Positions 53,880 to 59,328 of a stretch of 59,328 nucleotides of DNA are shown piece by piece. The position numbers and the translations under genes are program-made. The stretch is from assembly GCA_003140895.1 (NCBI GenBank), contig PLLH01000035.1, positions 1 to 59,328 on the forward strand, in the 5' to 3' direction. Each line of letters starts with the position of its first letter. Positions within the stretch are counted from its first letter, which is position 1. The notes under the pieces were generated by a model. It did not search any database. It was given only the letters and a program-made list of their open reading frames with translations, and had not been told where the DNA came from. The DNA comes from Elusimicrobiota bacterium. Lineage in GTDB: Bacteria; Elusimicrobiota; Elusimicrobia; F11.

Positions 53880-54821
53880 CTAAATTTTTTTCAGGCGAAG
53901 CGAGCGCGCCAGAATCGTCGCGACAATAAAAACAACCAGAAGACCGGCCGCGCCGGCGATGACCGTCGACGCCACAGGTGAATGAAGCCCCGGAACCGCG
54001 TAATCCGGGAGCGGCGCGAGGAGAACCGCTTTCCCCGCCGCCCGGTGTTCAAAACCGAGAAGAGCGGCGACACGCTCAAGCCCATCCGGCCACGAGCTCG
54101 CCCACGGCGCGATAAATAGAACAAGCCCCACTGAGATCAAAATTCCATAAAGAACGAACTCGACCAAACCCGATTTCAGAGATTCGTGGCTTTGATCCGG
54201 GATGAGTTCCGGACGCGATGCCCACACCGCCGCGACGACGAGTGTCGTGATAACCGCTTCGCCCAACCCAATCAACATATGAACCCCCGCCATCGCCGGA
54301 AAAACAGCTTTCCACTGAACCGTTCCTGAAAAAGCCAGTTCCCCCGCGCAAAACACCGACGCCATGACCGTCGATGTCCACGCCGCGACGGCCGTCGCGA
54401 AAAGGCGGCCTTGAGTTGAATCTCGATGAAACCGCCGGAGAAGCTGATAGATTAAGAATCCAACGCCGGGCGCTACAATGGCCATATTAAAAATATTGGC
54501 GCCAAGCGCCGTAAGCCCCCCGTCGGCAAACATAAAACATTGGATGATGAGAACGGTGCTGAGCGCCACAACCGCCGCGCTGGGCCCCAACAAAACGGCG
54601 ATCAACACGGCACCGATCAAATGGCCGGAGGTTCCCCCCGCCACGGGAAAGTTGAGCATCTGCGCCGAGAAAACAAAAGCCGCTGCCAAGCCGACAAGCG
54701 GCGTCCGCCGGGTTGGAAACCTTTTCTTTAAACTCCGAAGAGCCGCTCCCAACCCGACGGCCGACAACGCTCCCGTCAGAAGCGCCGTCTTCGCGTCAAT
54801 AAACCCGTCTGGAATATGCAT
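53880..54821 (-). CDS. cbiM: Cobalt/nickel ECF substrate-capture component CbiM with C-terminal PDGLE (CbiN-like) extension
   Basis: MHIPDGF N-terminus diagnostic of CbiM/NikM, and the C-terminal ...SSWPDGLERVA... PDGLE motif. Confidence 0.85.
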   Translation of the reverse strand: MHIPDGFIDAKTALLTGALSAVGLGAALRSLKKRFPTRRTPLVGLAAAFVFSAQMLNFPVAGGTSGHLIGAVLIAVLLGPSAAVVALSTVLIIQCFMFADGGLTALGANIFNMAIVAPGVGFLIYQLLRRFHRDSTQGRLFATAVAAWTSTVMASVFCAGELAFSGTVQWKAVFPAMAGVHMLIGLGEAVITTLVVAAVWASRPELIPDQSHESLKSGLVEFVLYGILISVGLVLFIAPWASSWPDGLERVAALLGFEHRAAGKAVLLAPLPDYAVPGLHSPVASTVIAGAAGLLVVFIVATILARSLRLKKI

Positions 54822-54862
54822 GGATGTTTTCTCTTACTTAATTATACCGCGATTGGAACGAA

Positions 54863-55411
54863 CTACCGGATCAGATGGATGAAGCCGCGGGTGAAGAGGT
54901 TGGCGATCACGCCGGCCACGACGTCGTCCATCGTGACGCCGAAGCCGCCGGGCAATTTCGCGGCGGCCCGGCCCCACGGCCCTTTGAACACGTCGAAGAC
55001 GCGAAAGAGGATGAAAGCCACGACGAAAGGCAGCGTGACCTTCTGTTCAAGCCCCCAGAAAGCGATCCACACGCCGATCCACTCGTCGATCACAATCCGG
55101 GAGTCGTCGTGGGAATTGAGAACCAGCTCCGCCACATGGGAAACGCCGACGGCAAAAAGAACGCCCAACACGATCACCCCGATCGATTGCGCTATTTCTG
55201 AGGGCAGGAGAAGATAGGTGACCACGCCCCATAACGAACCGATGAAACCGGCGCCGGTCCATCGTTGGCTGATTAAGTAGTCGCCTGTCTTGGGTTTAAG
55301 GCGTTGAATGATTTTGGAAGGAAGGGTGCTCGCGAAGAAACCGCTGGCCAGCATCACAGCGATAAAATCGAGAACGCGCGCGGCGGGATTATCTCTTTTC
55401 AAACTGTTCAT
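54863..55411 (-). CDS. pgpA: Phosphatidylglycerophosphatase A
   Basis: ...GFGVTMDDVVAGVIANL... PgpA signature. 182 aa, membrane protein. Confidence 0.85.
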   Translation of the reverse strand: MNSLKRDNPAARVLDFIAVMLASGFFASTLPSKIIQRLKPKTGDYLISQRWTGAGFIGSLWGVVTYLLLPSEIAQSIGVIVLGVLFAVGVSHVAELVLNSHDDSRIVIDEWIGVWIAFWGLEQKVTLPFVVAFILFRVFDVFKGPWGRAAAKLPGGFGVTMDDVVAGVIANLFTRGFIHLIR

Positions 55412-56024
55412 CGAATAAGTCGGCGTTTTGTTTCAGGTAGATATATCCCGAAAAAATCGTCAGAAGAGTGGTAAAGAAGGTCAGCCAGTACGGGCTCCAT
55501 CGAAGAACCCACCCCAACAGTTTCCAGGCGCCCACGTGACGAACCAAACTCCCCTTCGGGAATCCGCCCAAATCCTCCAAAAGAGAATTGGCGATGAGGA
55601 TGAGCAGAATCGTGATAATGGCCACAATTTGTGAGGTCGTTTTAAATTTCCCCGCCGGCTGGGCCCCCAACACGCGGCCGCGTGAGACCGCCAACGTTCG
55701 CAGACCCGTGATCAGAAATTCACGACCGATGATAAGAACCACCATCCAGGCCGGGACAAAAATCTCTCCGACCTGAACAAAAGCGATAAAAGCGGACGAG
55801 ATGAGGAGTTTATCGGCCAGGGGATCCAAAAAGGTGCCCAGCGTCGTCACAAGCCCTCGCCGGCGAGCCAGTTTGCCATCGTACAAGTCGGTGAGACTGG
55901 CGCCGATAAAAATCAGGAGGGCGGCGACCCGCGTGTACACGTTGTCCTTAACGGTAAATACAAGGAAAAACGGAATCAGGAAGAAGCGGAGAAGCGTCAA
56001 CCGATTGGGAAGGCTAATTTTCAT
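55389..56024 (-). CDS. pgsA: CDP-diacylglycerol--glycerol-3-phosphate 3-phosphatidyltransferase
   Basis: CDP-alcohol phosphotransferase motif DLYDGKLARRRGLVTTLGTFLDPLADKL. Start moved to ATG 56024 (MKISLPNRLTLLRF...). Confidence 0.9.
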   Translation of the reverse strand: MKISLPNRLTLLRFFLIPFFLVFTVKDNVYTRVAALLIFIGASLTDLYDGKLARRRGLVTTLGTFLDPLADKLLISSAFIAFVQVGEIFVPAWMVVLIIGREFLITGLRTLAVSRGRVLGAQPAGKFKTTSQIVAIITILLILIANSLLEDLGGFPKGSLVRHVGAWKLLGWVLRWSPYWLTFFTTLLTIFSGYIYLKQNADLFDEQFEKR

Positions 56025-56754
56025 GCGGCAAGCTAACTGTTTTTTGATTTTCTTGAAGTGGAACGACGCTGTTATCAAACTTCAGGATAACTTGTTTTGT
56101 GTACCCCAGTTTAATAAGAAAGGTTCCCTCCCCTTTCCACGTCCAGGTGGATCCTTCCGCGATGAATCCTTCAAACGTTTTCTTTTCCGTTTTCACTCGC
56201 AGCCAGAGTGGAGAAGGTGAAAAAACCTCTAACCTGTGTTCTTGAGCCGCTATTTTCTTCTCGACGGGAGTCGGGCTGGCCAACGACGTCACTGGCGCCA
56301 CCGTTTGCGAATAATTTTCCTTGGGGACGGGCGGCGGCGCTTTTTCCGGCTTTAAAAACTTAATCAACCCGATAAAAAGAAGAACGGCCAATCCAGCCCA
56401 AATCCAACCAGACTTGGTTGAGTCCCCTTCTTTCATCGCGATATCGTCAGCGTTCTCCGGCTTGTCCGGGTGGCCCTTGGAATTCAGATACGGAGCGATC
56501 AGCTTCGCCCCATCCAACCCCAAATACTGAGCATAACGGATCAAAAAGCCGCGAATATAGACATCCCCGGGAAGCTGGTCCCAATTCCCTTTTTCCAGCG
56601 CATCGAGATAAAACACTCGAATCTTAAGAGAGCGACTCACCGTTTCGAGCGTGAGTTTTCTCAACGCCCGCCGCTCCGAAAGCGTGTGGGCCACGCTTTT
56701 GACGATGTCCGCGCGGGTTAAGGGAGTGGGTGTTGGAATGTCAGATTCGCTCAT
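56014..56754 (-). CDS. rodZ: RodZ-like cytoskeleton-associated protein (HTH + TM + DUF4115-like C-terminus)
   Basis: N-terminal HTH (...LRKLTLETVSRSLKIRVFYLDALEKGNWDQLPGDVYIRGFLIRYAQYLGLD), a single TM and a beta-rich C-terminal domain. Confidence 0.8.
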   Translation of the reverse strand: MSESDIPTPTPLTRADIVKSVAHTLSERRALRKLTLETVSRSLKIRVFYLDALEKGNWDQLPGDVYIRGFLIRYAQYLGLDGAKLIAPYLNSKGHPDKPENADDIAMKEGDSTKSGWIWAGLAVLLFIGLIKFLKPEKAPPPVPKENYSQTVAPVTSLASPTPVEKKIAAQEHRLEVFSPSPLWLRVKTEKKTFEGFIAEGSTWTWKGEGTFLIKLGYTKQVILKFDNSVVPLQENQKTVSLPHEN

Positions 56755-56790
56755 AGAAATTCACTATAGAACTTTTGCAGCGCATTACGA

Positions 56791-57438
56791 TTAATTCATC
56801 GAAATAATCTCAGCCCCTTTGGGCGGAGAAAAATTAAAGGAACTCTCCGGAATATCAACGTTTGTCTCCAAGCCGACCAACGCCGTGACGATTTTGGCCG
56901 TTTCAGAATCAAACACGGTTTCAACCGGAAACCAGGACTCCGTCGAAATGGTGAACTCGAGACGGATTTTACTGGACGGATCCCTGGAGTCCGCCAAAAG
57001 ACGGACCTCTTTGTCATTCTTGCCTGATTCCAACCGCAGATTAAAATTTTCCTTCAAGTCCGCCACGAACTCGTTCACCGGCAAAAGACCGGAGGGAAGC
57101 ATGGAGGCATGCACCCAATCCTGCCATCGGCCTTCCCAGACCTGGTTGTACGCCGGCGTATAGATCCACATCTTATCCCCGTTCGAAATGGTCACCTGTT
57201 CCTCCGGCGAAATTTTCCGGATCATCAACTTACGGGGTTTTGAAAAAAGGGCTTCCCCTTTCACCTGGCTTTTCATGTCCGTGCCGGTAAAACTCACTTC
57301 CTGCGTAAATTCAAACTTCACCGTTTTGGCCGCCTTCTCGTTTTTATCAATTTGAAAAAGCACTTGATCCAACTCATACGAAAATCCGATCGTTGAAAAA
57401 AGAAGGGGCAGCGCCACGAGAACAACGTGTTTTTTCAT
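56791..57438 (-). CDS. lolA: LolA-like outer-membrane lipoprotein carrier protein
   Basis: Signal peptide, 215 aa, and LolA-like strand pattern (...FTQEV...GEALFSKPRKLMIRK...). ATGA overlap with the ftsK stop. Confidence 0.7.
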   Translation of the reverse strand: MKKHVVLVALPLLFSTIGFSYELDQVLFQIDKNEKAAKTVKFEFTQEVSFTGTDMKSQVKGEALFSKPRKLMIRKISPEEQVTISNGDKMWIYTPAYNQVWEGRWQDWVHASMLPSGLLPVNEFVADLKENFNLRLESGKNDKEVRLLADSRDPSSKIRLEFTISTESWFPVETVFDSETAKIVTALVGLETNVDIPESSFNFSPPKGAEIISMN

Positions 57439-59328
57439 AACGTGATCTCGCTCTCGGGAATGTTATTCACTTTGGAGAGATAGTCTTCGATCATGTCAAA
57501 ATTGATTTCCCAGCGGTTGGTCCCTTCCGGCTTCGAGATAAATTGTTTCACTTCCAGGAGAGAGAGGATATTGGTGGCGCGGGCGGAACTTCCGAAATGC
57601 GCCTTCAACAGGTCTTGCGACACGCGGCGCCGCTCCAACACCAACTTCAGCGCTTCGATCAAATCTTTCAGCTCTTTCTTATCCTCGACGGCAAATTCAA
57701 GAACGCTCCCCGACCCGAACAAATCGTCATACTCCGGCATTCCGAATTGCTTCACGTGTTGAACCAAATTCTCGACATCTTTCTCCGACACGTACGCCCC
57801 TTGAACGCGACTCGGCTCCGCCGAGGCCGGCGGGAGATAGAGCATGTCCCCTCTCCCCAGCAAACATTCGGCGCCGCCCGTATCGATGATGACGCGCGAA
57901 TCCGTGGAAGAAGCCACGCGAAGAGCGATGCGCGCCGGGAGGTTGGCTTTAATAACACCCGTGATCACATCAACCGAGGGCCGCTGAGTGGCCAACACCA
58001 GGTGAATGCCAACAGCGCGGGCCATTTGGGCCAGACGTTGAATGGAGTCTTCCACTTCTTTGGGCGAGGTAATCATCAAATCAGCCAATTCGTCGATAAT
58101 CACAACGATGTAATGGATCGGAGGTTTCCCCGCCGTCTTCTGTTTCTGATTGAAGGAATCGATATTCCTGACGTTCGCCTTGGCGAAGAGGTCGTAGCGA
58201 AATTCCATGACGCTCACCAGACGCAGCAGCGCCTTGGCGGCTTGTTTTGAATTCGTGATGATCTCGGCGTTCACCGGCGTGTTCCGAGGGTCGTACAGAT
58301 GCGGAATGCCAAAATAAGACGGCAGTTCAAGGCGCTTGGGATCAATCAACACAAATTTGACGAGCGTGGGCGGCATGCGGTACAAAATGGAACAGATCAT
58401 CGCGTGGATGCAAACGCTTTTTCCCGATCCGGTCGCACCTGCCACTAAAATGTGCGGCAGGGTGGCCAAGTCGACAATATAGGGCTCTCCGGACACCGTC
58501 TTGCCTAAGATAAAGGCCAGCGGCGAGGGGTGGTTATAAAACTCCGGCTTCCCGAGGAGCTCTCTCAGCATCACGGATTCCGGATTTGAGTTCGGGATTT
58601 CAATACCGACAGCGCCCTTCCCCGGGATGGGCGCTAACACGCGGATTCCGATGGAACGCATCGCGAGCGCCAAATCATCGGAGCGACTGGAAATAGACGA
58701 AACCTTGACTCCCGGCGCCGGCTCCAAATCATACCGGGTGATCACGGGCCCCGGGTGAATCTCAACCACTTGAGCGGCGATATTAAAATTGGCCAGCGTC
58801 TGTTCCAACAATTTGGCTCGAGCCGTCAACTCTTCGCGAGGCACCGGCTGAGAGCCGCCTTTCATCTCAAAAATTTCAATGGCTGGTGATTGATAAGGGA
58901 TGGGCGGCGCTTTGGGCGGCTTGCCGGATCCGTCCGCGGATTCAGGCAGTTCGTCTTTCTTAAATGGTTTCGGCGCTTTTTCCGACGGTAACTTGACCGC
59001 CGTGGCGATCAATCCTTTTTTGGCTGGTTCTTCACTGGAAGCGATAATCTTGGGAGAGGAGGGCTTCTGCGGGGGCGCGGACAACTCTGCTTTGGGGGCA
59101 ATCACCGGAGTTCGATTTGTTTTACGAGGCGCGATTTTCTCCTCTTTCCATGCCTTCCAGTCATCGGCAATCATCTCTCGCACGCGATGGATGGCTTCCC
59201 CAGGAGATATACCCAAAAAGAGAACCGCCAGAACGGCCATGATCCCGCTCACCACAATCCAACTCCCGACCGTTCCGAACAACCGGGCGAAGAACTGTTG
59301 CCCCAAGAGTCCAATCACGCCGCCTGTC
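57435..59328 (-). CDS. ftsK: DNA translocase FtsK/SpoIIIE (5-prime end runs off the window)
   Basis: Motor-domain motifs VAGATGSGKSV and IVVIIDELADLM, plus the C-terminal winged-helix gamma domain. The reading frame stays open to base 59328 upstream of the GTG that the track labels as the start. Confidence 0.95.
   Translation of the reverse strand, partial: TGGVIGLLGQQFFARLFGTVGSWIVVSGIMAVLAVLFLGISPGEAIHRVREMIADDWKAWKEEKIAPRKTNRTPVIAPKAELSAPPQKPSSPKIIASSEEPAKKGLIATAVKLPSEKAPKPFKKDELPESADGSGKPPKAPPIPYQSPAIEIFEMKGGSQPVPREELTARAKLLEQTLANFNIAAQVVEIHPGPVITRYDLEPAPGVKVSSISSRSDDLALAMRSIGIRVLAPIPGKGAVGIEIPNSNPESVMLRELLGKPEFYNHPSPLAFILGKTVSGEPYIVDLATLPHILVAGATGSGKSVCIHAMICSILYRMPPTLVKFVLIDPKRLELPSYFGIPHLYDPRNTPVNAEIITNSKQAAKALLRLVSVMEFRYDLFAKANVRNIDSFNQKQKTAGKPPIHYIVVIIDELADLMITSPKEVEDSIQRLAQMARAVGIHLVLATQRPSVDVITGVIKANLPARIALRVASSTDSRVIIDTGGAECLLGRGDMLYLPPASAEPSRVQGAYVSEKDVENLVQHVKQFGMPEYDDLFGSGSVLEFAVEDKKELKDLIEALKLVLERRRVSQDLLKAHFGSSARATNILSLLEVKQFISKPEGTNRWEINFDMIEDYLSKVNNIPESEITL

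Noticed and set aside
54822-54862. Possible cobalamin riboswitch or NikR operator upstream of cbiM
   Set aside because: Only 41 nt separate cbiM from the pgpA stop, far too short for a B12 riboswitch, and I saw no obvious palindrome.
57543-58250. 235-aa plus-strand ORF opposite ftsK
   Set aside because: The minus strand encodes the unmistakable FtsK motor (VAGATGSGKSV, IDELADLM). The plus-frame product is Arg/His-rich.
1-59328. Search for CRISPR arrays, tRNA/rRNA genes, IS elements, prophage or toxin-antitoxin modules
   Set aside because: No non-coding gap exceeds ~190 bp. I saw no spaced direct-repeat array, no cloverleaf-capable segment in the spacers, and no transposase- or phage-like ORFs.

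Overview
This is a 59.3-kb chromosomal segment from a diderm-type bacterium (LolA, lipoprotein signals, CtpA, EnvC and RodZ are present). The window holds no rRNA or tRNA, so I make no taxonomic claim. I support about 47 CDS. All but three are on the minus strand, tightly packed, with many 4-nt start/stop overlaps.

Left third (1-21.5 kb), mostly housekeeping:
- rho (5-prime part), coaE, a rhomboid protease, polA and two thioredoxin-fold genes
- a histidine kinase, a receiver-only regulator and a coiled-coil protein in one operon
- tsaD, the ftsX-envC-ctpA block, a small PC4-like gene, and csaB plus a polytopic membrane protein
- glgA-galT, scpA-scpB, a short CCA/poly(A)-polymerase-family gene and a CpXC zinc-ribbon gene

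Centre, the part worth most attention:
- (i) The only long plus-strand gene is a 1,839-aa Trp-punctuated coiled-coil protein with nested internal repeats. It sits behind a 187-bp AT-rich island carrying a perfect TGTGA-N6-TCACA palindrome.
- (ii) It converges, with a 9-bp gap, on a translationally coupled minus-strand operon of about 19-21 kb. The order is MoxR AAA+, DUF58, a BatA_N/VWA protein fused to a DUF4159-like module, a second VWA/GATase-like membrane protein, two DUF2723(TMEM260-like)+TPR GT-C enzymes, two paralogous PMT/ArnT-like GT-C enzymes, a 1,094-1,108-aa (start-dependent) DUF4175-like envelope protein, and a secreted HExxH/TPR protein.
- I consider this glycosyltransferase-loaded MoxR/VWA cluster the best candidate for an undescribed system.

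Right end:
- dienelactone hydrolase, thiolase, xerD, recA (unusual basic repeat tail), cbiM(N)QO, pgpA-pgsA, rodZ, lolA and ftsK (5-prime end off window)

I saw no CRISPR array, IS element, prophage, tRNA or rRNA. All family assignments come from motif recognition by eye and need profile-HMM confirmation.
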